A stretch of DNA of 64,000 nucleotides from an uncultured Candidatus Saccharibacteria bacterium. GTDB taxonomy: Bacteria; Patescibacteriota; Minisyncoccia; Phycocordibacterales; CAIZLB01. Below are positions 17,300-25,507 of the stretch, in pieces. Under the pieces are notes generated by a model. It was not told where the DNA came from and did no database searches. It worked only from the letters and a program-made list of their open reading frames with translations. Both the position numbers and the translations under genes were made by a program. The number at the start of each line of letters is the position of its first letter. Within the stretch, counting starts at the first letter, position 1. The DNA is taken from the NCBI GenBank assembly GCA_964620475.1, contig CAZUJN010000001.1:4651-68650 (forward strand), written 5' to 3'.

Positions 17300-19234
17300 T
17301 TATCTACCAATAGCTGCCAAGAATGTATCAACCCGAGCTTTAAATGCAACAATTTCATCTGTTGTAAGCGTTGAACCCGCTGCTGCTATTTTCAAGTTTG
17401 CATTACTATAGTTCAATGTAGTTCCGTTTCCGTTCAATGCCAACAAAAACAGATTGTGTGTTGACCTCCCTGTTGGAACAGAAGCATAACTGTTTGTCCA
17501 AGCATTATGACCTGCCAGTGTGGTTGTTCCGTTAGTTATGTTTACATATGAATGTCCCGCAAAGTTTGATACCGGTTGTGTAAACGTTGAACCTGTATTA
17601 TTCTCGTTAGCTCTAAATCGTATGTATTCAGTTCCACCTGGCTTATAACTATCAATAATCGAACGAGCAACACCGTTAGTCACCGCCCCTATAAATACAC
17701 CATTATCGGTTGGATCAACTGTACCATTTTTTAGATAAATAAACTGATCGTTTGTCCCACCAAAATCTGATGGCTTAAGTCCTGTATTACCGTAGGCATC
17801 TGTACCGTTACCTGTCACACCATTCGCGTCGTGTGTTGGGTTACCGGACCAAGTTATGTTATAAACACCTTTCAAATCCTTGCTTTGTGTTGTTCCCGTT
17901 GTTCCTTCAAATGTCCATATAGCAGCCAGCTTTGACCAGAGCCCGTCAGTTTTAAGTCCTGTAACAAAGTTATTGTATGCTGTCTGTCTTGCTGGATCCG
18001 TAACACTTGCAGCAGAAATAAATGCTGCAGCATCAGAATCAACTGCACCAGTGTAATTTAGATTGGCTTTCCAATAAATATAACTACCGTCATAATACCA
18101 TTCTAGAATATCTACAGCATCCGGAGCAGAAGATAAAGTTATAATACCGTTTCCGCCGTTAGGTGTTTTACTTCCACCTGGTAGAGTTAATGTCCTTGAA
18201 CCGTTTGAGTCTTGTGTCACGATCAATTTTCCACTCATCCCCTCTATCAATCCACTGAATGTCAAAGTTCTATTTCCTCCAAGTGTCACTTTGGCATTTT
18301 GACTATTATGAAATTTAGTTACTACCCAAGTTATAACAATGTCATCTGTTAGTGTTTGAAATGATGGATTAGTACCATTTGACCAGACACCTCTCTTACT
18401 GAAAGTAACCATATCAGCACCAGTAATCACACCGTTAGTAGTATTGTAACCACCATTTGCACCAGTAACTGTTCCTTTATGAAAGAATCTTAACTCTGTG
18501 TCATCACCTGATTGGTCAACAGGTACTGCTTGCCACTGAATACTGTTATCAACTTCGATCAACCGTGTTGCTGTTCCTGTTCCGCTTCCTGCACCTGTTG
18601 CAACGAATCTAACCCCGACAGTGTTTGATGATGCACCGATCGCGGTGAAATCAGTTGTACCTATAGTTTTGATTATGTAAGTGTATGGTGTTGGTGGTGC
18701 AAAAACAAAACTACCAGCATTAACCGGAGAACCGGTCTCCACAAGCGACTTCGTCTGCATCGATATAGCTTTTGAAGTCTTTTTAGGGTCGGTCACACTA
18801 GTCGCACCAGACACCATATGCAAATAGTTAGCATCACGAACGGAAGCGTTGTTACCAAACTGAACAGGTCCAGGAGCGATGATAGCCATACGCCAAGCCA
18901 AGTTAAAGATTAACTCACCGCCGACACCATCGTGACCTTCCCACATATAGATGTTGGTACCGGGTGCTCCTGTTCTTGTCAACCAAGTTATACCTTGCAT
19001 ATCAGGTATGTATATATTACCCACACCACCGAAAGCAGCTGAGTTTTCTGGGTTAGTCCAATCACCTGTTATCAAATTCCCATCTGCATTAAATTGTGGT
19101 ACCTTTAATGAACCTCCGTTTTGAGAAATATCAAATTTAAGGGTACCGTCTGTGTTATGTGATACCGATAAATATTCATTTAGTATTCCTCCCCATGTTC
19201 CTGAATCATCTCCTACATTAGGTAGTCTTGGCAT
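17300..19234 (-). CDS. Gly/Thr/Asn-rich beta-rich protein, phage tail-fibre / receptor-binding-like; compositionally atypical (markedly higher GC than surroundings); no signal peptide
   Basis: 644 aa; GC visibly ~40+% vs ~28% background; repetitive TGT/NGT beta-strand motifs; C-terminal ...TTDEIVAFKARVDTFLAAIGR. Confidence 0.4.
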   Translation of the reverse strand: MPRLPNVGDDSGTWGGILNEYLSVSHNTDGTLKFDISQNGGSLKVPQFNADGNLITGDWTNPENSAAFGGVGNIYIPDMQGITWLTRTGAPGTNIYMWEGHDGVGGELIFNLAWRMAIIAPGPVQFGNNASVRDANYLHMVSGATSVTDPKKTSKAISMQTKSLVETGSPVNAGSFVFAPPTPYTYIIKTIGTTDFTAIGASSNTVGVRFVATGAGSGTGTATRLIEVDNSIQWQAVPVDQSGDDTELRFFHKGTVTGANGGYNTTNGVITGADMVTFSKRGVWSNGTNPSFQTLTDDIVITWVVTKFHNSQNAKVTLGGNRTLTFSGLIEGMSGKLIVTQDSNGSRTLTLPGGSKTPNGGNGIITLSSAPDAVDILEWYYDGSYIYWKANLNYTGAVDSDAAAFISAASVTDPARQTAYNNFVTGLKTDGLWSKLAAIWTFEGTTGTTQSKDLKGVYNITWSGNPTHDANGVTGNGTDAYGNTGLKPSDFGGTNDQFIYLKNGTVDPTDNGVFIGAVTNGVARSIIDSYKPGGTEYIRFRANENNTGSTFTQPVSNFAGHSYVNITNGTTTLAGHNAWTNSYASVPTGRSTHNLFLLALNGNGTTLNYSNANLKIAAAGSTLTTDEIVAFKARVDTFLAAIGR

Positions 19235-19486
19235 TTTTTGTGTTTTTTAAATTTAAATTAATATTTACTAATTATCTTAATAATACTTTATATTAAACCC
19301 TAAGGCAAACTTGTTTGCTCTGAAAATATATACCGTGATATACTTTTTATATGTTAGACAAAAAAATCACTCGAAAACAATTTATTTTATCCGGACTTTC
19401 ACTTTTTGGAATACTTTTGATGAATAAAATACCTAAAAACATTGTTACTAACAATAAAACAAATAACTCTTATGGGGTAAGTACAT

Positions 19487-20584
19487 ATGGTGGTAAATAA
19501 TTTTTTAAAAGTCTTTTTTATATCTCTTTGTTTTACAATATCTTTACCTGTATTTGCCGACACTTACGGGGAGGGTTTATATGGATCAGGTAGATATTCT
19601 GGAGACAATTCGACAACAACAGTACCGAATGCACCAACATCTGTTATTGCTACCGCTGGGAATTCTCAAGCAAGTATATCTTTTACACCACCAGCAAATA
19701 ATGGAGGGGCAGCTATAACATCTTACATCGTTACATCTTCACCTGGTAACACAACTGCAACAGGTCTAACCTCACCCATTATTGTCACAGGACTTACAAA
19801 TGGCACATCTTATACTTTTACAATAGTAGCAATAAACTCTGTAGGAACATCGTCACCTTCAGCTGCATCAAACAGCATCATACCCATTGTTCCATCCAAC
19901 ACACAGTCAAATAATTCAAGTTACGGTGGTGGCGGTAGTACATCTGGATCATCTTACAATGTTGCAACAAACGCTCCAACAACACCAGTAGTAGTTGATC
20001 AAACCGTTAATCAGGTGACACAAAACACACAAAACAATTTATCTATTTTTAATTCAAACCTAACATTTGGTGCAATAAGTACCGAGATTCAAAACCTACA
20101 AAAGTTTTTGAATAAAAACGGATTCACAATATCATCATCAGGACCTGGATCTATTGGAAATGAAACAAATAAATTTGGACCTGCAACAAAAGCAGCATTA
20201 ATAAAGTTCCAAATAGCTAATAAGATATCACCTGCAATTGGATATTTTGGACCTATTACACGAGCATTAGTAAATTCTATATTGGAATTGGATTTAAACC
20301 TTAAAAAACCAACAGATACACAGAGTACAACAGCACCTTTATATACAAGAGATTTGGATTTAAACACATTAGGTGATGATGTTAAAGCATTACAACAGTT
20401 TCTAAATAAAGAAGGTTTTCTTGTATCAATATCAGGACCTGGATCTATTGGAAATGAAACAAATAAATTTGGACCTGCAACAAAAGCAGCATTAATAAAG
20501 TTCCAAATAGCTAATAAGATATCACCTGCAATTGGATATTTTGGACCTATCACTAGATCTGTTGTAATAAATAAATCAAAATAA
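19487..20584 (+). CDS. Secreted protein: signal peptide + fibronectin type III domain + two tandem peptidoglycan-binding (PGBD-like) repeats
   Basis: FN3-like PNAPTSVIATAGNSQASISFTPP...GGAAITSYIV; two near-identical units ...LQKFLNKNGF...GPATKAALIKFQIANKISPAIGYFGPITR. Confidence 0.65.
   Translation: MVVNNFLKVFFISLCFTISLPVFADTYGEGLYGSGRYSGDNSTTTVPNAPTSVIATAGNSQASISFTPPANNGGAAITSYIVTSSPGNTTATGLTSPIIVTGLTNGTSYTFTIVAINSVGTSSPSAASNSIIPIVPSNTQSNNSSYGGGGSTSGSSYNVATNAPTTPVVVDQTVNQVTQNTQNNLSIFNSNLTFGAISTEIQNLQKFLNKNGFTISSSGPGSIGNETNKFGPATKAALIKFQIANKISPAIGYFGPITRALVNSILELDLNLKKPTDTQSTTAPLYTRDLDLNTLGDDVKALQQFLNKEGFLVSISGPGSIGNETNKFGPATKAALIKFQIANKISPAIGYFGPITRSVVINKSK
20140..20555. repeat. Internal tandem repeat: ~119-bp identical core (20140-20258 and 20437-20555), period ~297 bp, encoding duplicated PG-binding domain
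   Basis: Identical protein segments SGPGSIGNETNKFGPATKAALIKFQIANKISPAIGYFGPI in two copies; minus-strand shadow ORF also duplicated. Confidence 0.8.
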
Positions 20585-20602
20585 TCGTATATAATACTAC
20601 AT

Positions 20603-20998
20603 ATGTATAAAAAAATAATCATCACGATATTATCAATCGCAGTAATAATAGGATTAATATTATTTATAAATAAAAACAATCAAAACAAACAACCAGATAT
20701 AACAGAGGTTCCAAGTAGAAACGATACGGCTCTCATACCAGAATCAGAAGCTTCAACAACAAAAAGTTATACATTGGCTGAAGTTGGTGCGCATAATACA
20801 TCAACTGATTGTTGGATGGTTATAGAGGGTAAAGTTATAGACGCAACGGGTTTTATAGCATCAGGACAACACCCAAACAACAAGATAGTAAACGGTTGTG
20901 GTAAAGACGCAACAGAGATGTTCAACAATGTTAAAAAACACAGCGGACCACAAGCTAAAGAAATAATGATGAGATCACAAATAGGTGTGCTAGAATAA
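20603..20998 (+). CDS. Membrane-anchored cytochrome b5-like heme-binding protein
   Basis: N-terminal TM helix; b5 core YTLAEVGAHNTSTDCWMVIEGKVIDATGFI..QHP...GKDATEMFNNVKKHS with both His ligands. Confidence 0.7.
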   Translation: MYKKIIITILSIAVIIGLILFINKNNQNKQPDITEVPSRNDTALIPESEASTTKSYTLAEVGAHNTSTDCWMVIEGKVIDATGFIASGQHPNNKIVNGCGKDATEMFNNVKKHSGPQAKEIMMRSQIGVLE

Positions 20999-21002
20999 TC
21001 TC

Positions 21003-22175
21003 ATGGAAAATTTATTTTATGAAATAGGACAAACCTGCGGAATGATAGGTTTTGTTCTTCTGACATTATTAATATTCTCAGGTGATACAGCTCGTTTTTG
21101 GAATAGATATATAGGATTAGATAAGATTATAAAATTTCAAAGAAAATTCTCTTATTTTGTAATGTTCTTTGTCTTTTTTCATCCAATATTCTTTATGTTG
21201 TCAACCGGAACATACAAAGGTTTTATAGTTCCTGACTTTGCATATCTGCCACTTGCTATAGGTATTATTGCTTTCTATATATTAGTAGGTGTAATGATAG
21301 CATCTGCATTATATAAACGTATCTCATATAGAGTTTGGCAATATATACATGTCGTAACTTATATATTATTCTTCTTTGCATTATTCCATGCGGTACTTTG
21401 GGGATCAGAAACTGCCGAAAATATGCCTATATACATATTGGCCACATTACTTGTGACAGTAGGTATTGTATATAGAACAAGATATAAAATTATAGCAGCT
21501 AGAACAACAAGGTTTTTTGTGAAAGATGTAAAAATGGAAACAGCCGACACTTTCACTGTTACCATTAAAGGTAATAAGGAATTTCAGGCCGGACAATTTT
21601 GTTTTCTAAGACTTAATAAAAACAAACTTTATGCAAGACATCCTTTTACCATATCCTCTGCTCCAGGTGATGATTTTGCATTTACTATCAAGCTCGCTGG
21701 AAGATTTACACAAACAGCTAAAGAATTAAAAGAAGGTGATGAAATATTTATAGACGGACCTTTTGGAAAATTCATACCACAGCCTAACAAAAATCTAGTA
21801 TTTATAGCTGGTGGGGTTGGTATAACACCTTTTATGAGTATACTTCGTGATCATATAAAAAGAGGTGTGTCACAAAACATAACTTTGATATATGGATCGA
21901 GATCACAAGCGGATATCATTTTCAAAGATGAAATAGAATCGATCAATCAGCCTTGGTTTAAAAAAGTTTACATGTTAAATGATATAAGTAATATGACAAT
22001 ACAATGTGAACAAGGTTATATATCACAAGATATAATCAAAAAATATGTAACTAATCCAAATGATTCACTATACTATATATGTGGCCCAGAAAGAATGAAA
22101 GATACAGCTAAAAAAGTTTTAAAAGACATGGGTGTTAAGTGGAGAAATGTTTTCGTCGAGGATTTCTTCTGGTAG
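21003..22175 (+). CDS. NOX/ferric-reductase-family flavocytochrome (6-TM bis-heme ferric reductase domain + FAD-binding HPFT motif + NAD(P)H-binding domain)
   Basis: 390 aa; paired His 13 residues apart in TM helices (HVVTYILFFFALFH); HPFTISS FAD motif; GGVGITPF NAD(P)-binding motif. Confidence 0.75.
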   Translation: MENLFYEIGQTCGMIGFVLLTLLIFSGDTARFWNRYIGLDKIIKFQRKFSYFVMFFVFFHPIFFMLSTGTYKGFIVPDFAYLPLAIGIIAFYILVGVMIASALYKRISYRVWQYIHVVTYILFFFALFHAVLWGSETAENMPIYILATLLVTVGIVYRTRYKIIAARTTRFFVKDVKMETADTFTVTIKGNKEFQAGQFCFLRLNKNKLYARHPFTISSAPGDDFAFTIKLAGRFTQTAKELKEGDEIFIDGPFGKFIPQPNKNLVFIAGGVGITPFMSILRDHIKRGVSQNITLIYGSRSQADIIFKDEIESINQPWFKKVYMLNDISNMTIQCEQGYISQDIIKKYVTNPNDSLYYICGPERMKDTAKKVLKDMGVKWRNVFVEDFFW

Positions 22176-22183
22176 AATGAATG

Positions 22184-22274
22184 GCGGAAAAGTGCTAGAG
22201 AGGTTGAATAGGTCGCTCTCGAAAAGCGATATGGAGGAAACTCCATCGAGGGTTCGAATCCCTCCTTTTCCGCT
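22184..22274 (+). tRNA. tRNA-Ser (anticodon CGA) with long variable arm
   Basis: GCGGAAA acceptor / D-arm GTGCTAGAGAGG / anticodon stem-loop TCGCT-CTCGAAA-AGCGA / variable arm TATGGAGGAAACTCCATC / T-arm GAGGGTTCGAATCCCTC / TTTCCGC. Confidence 0.8.
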
Positions 22275-22393
22275 ATTTTTACAAAAATCTAGAATCAAAA
22301 AATCCGTAGGATTTTTGGGATTCGAAAAGGTTTTATGTATTTTCGAGAATTTGAAAAATTTAAGAAAATATAAAACCTATACTGACCTCGTAG

Positions 22394-22416
22394 AGGTCGA
22401 ATCCCTCCTTTTCCGC
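22394..22416 (+). repeat. Direct repeat: truncated copy of the 3' end of tRNA-Ser(CGA) (gaggtcgaatccctccttttccgc), 120 bp downstream of the intact tRNA; att-site-like scar
   Basis: 19-nt exact match cgaatccctccttttccgc plus flanking near-match to tRNA T-arm/acceptor. Confidence 0.7.
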
Positions 22417-22475
22417 AGTATAAATAAAATGTTAAAATATACATATAATTATAAAAACTAAATTTAAATAAAATT

Positions 22476-22910
22476 ATGTTAACAACAATAATATTATTAT
22501 CATTATTAGGCTCAGTTATAGCATCAGCAATAGGTACGTTTTGGTATTCACCTATTACACCTATGGGCAAATGGCATATGTCTTATATAGGTTTTGACAA
22601 ACTTTCAAAAGAAGAGCAAGAGAAAAAAATAAAAGAAGTTAAACCACATATGTGGAAAAGTTATCTTGGTCAATTTATACTTTCTTTCTTTACATCCATG
22701 TTTATAATTTTCGTTACATTACAAACATACAAAGCTGCATATGTATTTGTAACAATGATATGGATTGCATTTATAATTCCAAATATAGGTTCAGCATTGA
22801 TTTGGGGAAAATGTGACAAAAAATTGGTTTGGAAAAAATTCTTTTCTGACTCATTAAATAACTTAGTGACATATTTATTGATTGTGTTCATGACCACATT
22901 GTTTATGTAA
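22476..22910 (+). CDS. Hypothetical integral membrane protein (4 TM helices)
   Basis: 144 aa, hydrophobic segments; no motif recognised. Confidence 0.4.
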   Translation: MLTTIILLSLLGSVIASAIGTFWYSPITPMGKWHMSYIGFDKLSKEEQEKKIKEVKPHMWKSYLGQFILSFFTSMFIIFVTLQTYKAAYVFVTMIWIAFIIPNIGSALIWGKCDKKLVWKKFFSDSLNNLVTYLLIVFMTTLFM

Positions 22911-22917
22911 AATAAAA

Positions 22918-22953
22918 AGGACCGCCTCCCCTATGATGGGGTGGCGGTTTTTT
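22918..22953. terminator. GC-rich bidirectional terminator (accgcctcccc-tatga-tggggtggcggt + T7)
   Basis: Strong hairpin with T-run; overlaps the stop of the convergent minus-strand gene. Confidence 0.65.
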
Positions 22954-23503
22954 TCTTGCCGTATCGAGGAACAAGATTGCCGACTTGTGTTGAGATAAAA
23001 TTTTCAGTAACTTCATCATGTTTGGCTAATTGAAATTCCATCTTAACTCCAAGAGTAAGAACTTTAGGAAAGAAATACACGCGAGCTCTTCCACGCAAAA
23101 TCGCAGATTGATTGTCGAACTCAGGTATCTCCCTAAGTCGACTCATGATTTCTTTTACAGAAGATTTGTTTATACCCTGTATCTTATGCATGGCGGTCTC
23201 CGACAATATAGCCAACTGCCACAGACTATGAAAACCTGCAGACTGAAGAGTTTTGTTAACCCGTGAAGGGAAATTAAACCACAACAAAGAATCGAACAAA
23301 TGATCATCCAGAGTGGACAGACTCATTGCCTTGTCCAAGGTTGTACGCTTACCTTTTTTGGTTACACTGAATTCAACCTTGGCATCGCCGGTAGCGTCAG
23401 TCTTTATCCTTTTGATAGCAAGCTCATATCCAGGATTTAGATCTCCGGCAAGATAAACCGCGATCAGATTATTAAACACATGGTTTGGAATTGTTCTTTT
23501 CAT
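22931..23503 (-). CDS. Hypothetical protein, compositionally atypical (higher GC); possible helix-hairpin-helix DNA-binding segment; start uncertain (ORF-track start 23572, likelier Met at ~23503)
   Basis: LSETAMHKIQGINKSSVKEIMSRL resembles an HhH motif; no confident family assignment. Confidence 0.35.
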   Translation of the reverse strand: MKRTIPNHVFNNLIAVYLAGDLNPGYELAIKRIKTDATGDAKVEFSVTKKGKRTTLDKAMSLSTLDDHLFDSLLWFNFPSRVNKTLQSAGFHSLWQLAILSETAMHKIQGINKSSVKEIMSRLREIPEFDNQSAILRGRARVYFFPKVLTLGVKMEFQLAKHDEVTENFISTQVGNLVPRYGKKKTATPS

Positions 23504-23558
23504 ATAAGGGTGTGAATGTGCTACACATAAAAATACCACACCCTCACACAAAATCAAC

Positions 23559-24725
23559 CTACACCTTAACACTCATAGCCACTTTCTTCATCACCCTTTT
23601 ATCAAAAGGTTTTGGTATAACGTAGTCTGCTTTTAATTCTTTTTTATTTATCAAACTTGCCAATGCATAAGCTGCCTTTATTTTCATATCATCAGTTATA
23701 CTTTTTACACCAGCATCAAGTGCGCCACGAAATATTCCAGGAAATACAAGCACGTTATTAATCTGATTTGGATAATCAGATCTACCTGTGGCAAATATTT
23801 TTATGTCTGCTTTTTTTGCATTTTCAAAACTTATTTCTGGATTTGGATTAGCCATAGCAAATACTATTCTATTTTCATTCATGGTTTTAACCCATTCTAC
23901 TTTCAAGACATCAGCCTTTGACACACCTATAAACACATCAGCGTTCTTCAAAGCATTTTCTAATCCTCCTTTTATATTTTCTTTATTTGTTATTTCAGCT
24001 AATTCTAATTTATATTTATTTAAATCAGTTCTATCTTTATTCAAAGTATCCACAGAATCTAAGACAATCATCTTATTTGGATTCACTCCAGCTTTTATTA
24101 AAAGTTTTGCTATAGCTAATGCTGCCGCCCCTGCCCCGTTTATAACTATTTTTATATTTTTCAAATCTTTCTTAACCAACTTGAGCGAGTTTATAAGCCC
24201 AGCTAAAACTACTATAGCTGTTCCATGCTGATCATCATGAAATACTGGTATATCGAGTTCTTTCTTTAATCTCTCTTCTATCTCAAAACATCTTGGAGCA
24301 GATATATCTTCTAGATTTATACCACCGAAGACCGGAGCTATGTTTTTTATAGTTTTAATTATTTCTTCTGTATCTTGTGTATTTAAACATATTGGAAATG
24401 CATCTATGTTTGCAAAATTTTTAAACAAAACAGCTTTACCTTCCATAACCGGTATAGCAGCTTCTGGACCAATATTTCCAAGTCCGAGCACCGCTGAACC
24501 GTCCGAGATCACCGCAACAGTGTTAGCTTTTATGGTATGAGTATATACAGACTTTTTATCTTGATGTATAAGACGACATACTTCTGCAACACCTGGAGTA
24601 TATGCTACCGATAAATCTTCTTTGTTTTTAGTCTTTACTTTTGAGACAACCTCAAGTTTACCTTTATGTTTTTTGTGTAGACCTAGGGATAATTTTTTGT
24701 AGTTTTTTGAAGATTTTGTGGGCAT
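23559..24725 (-). CDS. NAD(P)-dependent malic enzyme (short form)
   Basis: LSVAYTPGVAEVC, dinucleotide-binding VINGAGAAALAIAKLL, 388 aa. Confidence 0.85.
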   Translation of the reverse strand: MPTKSSKNYKKLSLGLHKKHKGKLEVVSKVKTKNKEDLSVAYTPGVAEVCRLIHQDKKSVYTHTIKANTVAVISDGSAVLGLGNIGPEAAIPVMEGKAVLFKNFANIDAFPICLNTQDTEEIIKTIKNIAPVFGGINLEDISAPRCFEIEERLKKELDIPVFHDDQHGTAIVVLAGLINSLKLVKKDLKNIKIVINGAGAAALAIAKLLIKAGVNPNKMIVLDSVDTLNKDRTDLNKYKLELAEITNKENIKGGLENALKNADVFIGVSKADVLKVEWVKTMNENRIVFAMANPNPEISFENAKKADIKIFATGRSDYPNQINNVLVFPGIFRGALDAGVKSITDDMKIKAAYALASLINKKELKADYVIPKPFDKRVMKKVAMSVKV

Positions 24726-24733
24726 GGGTTTGA

Positions 24734-25456
24734 TTATAGCATATTCATACCTGTTGATTTCCTCAACCTCTCCATCGCATAACTATATGTTACTCTATGC
24801 ATCTTTTCTTTATTTTCTCTTATAAAACTTATGAGATCTAGCTCACTACATCTTTTACCAGATTCTCTAAGCATCCATCCTATCGCCTTATGTATAAGAT
24901 GATGTTCATCTTTAAAAAGTTTTTTGGAAATGTAAAATATCTCTTCGTTAGAATGATTTTTAATCTGATAAAATGAACTCACAACAATAACCCTTCTCAT
25001 CCACATATCTTTGTGATCAATACAACTATCTGTAAAATCTTTTAATTCTTTTTTATTCATATGATTATAAATATAATCCCCTGCTATATGATAAGCAGAA
25101 GTATCGACAAGATCCCAATTATTTATTCCCTTACCAAAACCAACATTGTCAATATATATATCAAATATTTTCTTTTTATCTTTTGAATTTTTATATAAAT
25201 GATGTAAGAAAAATAAAGCAATTAACCTTTCTTCATGATATTTACTTTTTAAAAGTTGTTGTACCTCTTTTAGGGTTATACCGTTTTTATATTTGGCAAA
25301 TATTTTCCTGGTGTCTGGTACTGTTACACCCATAAATATATCACCTTCCCCATAACCACCTTTATGTGTTTGGAAAAATGACTGACAGACGTCTCGTCGA
25401 GGTTTGGTTGAGAGTTTTTTTAAGTCTTTGGAGATGAGTTGAACTGTATTTTTCAT
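24734..25456 (-). CDS. DNA alkylation repair protein (AlkD/AlkC-like HEAT-repeat glycosylase family)
   Basis: INNWDLVD and IGWMLRE motifs typical of the DNA_alkylation family. Confidence 0.6.
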   Translation of the reverse strand: MKNTVQLISKDLKKLSTKPRRDVCQSFFQTHKGGYGEGDIFMGVTVPDTRKIFAKYKNGITLKEVQQLLKSKYHEERLIALFFLHHLYKNSKDKKKIFDIYIDNVGFGKGINNWDLVDTSAYHIAGDYIYNHMNKKELKDFTDSCIDHKDMWMRRVIVVSSFYQIKNHSNEEIFYISKKLFKDEHHLIHKAIGWMLRESGKRCSELDLISFIRENKEKMHRVTYSYAMERLRKSTGMNML

Positions 25457-25507
25457 GATCTATTTATAACATAAAAACCTCAAACCCATCATGCTATAAT
25501 ATACCCA

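Noticed and set aside
20089-20679. 196-aa minus-strand ORF with an internal duplication
   Set aside because: Antisense to the FN3/PG-binding gene; the duplication is the reverse-strand image of that gene's internal tandem repeat.
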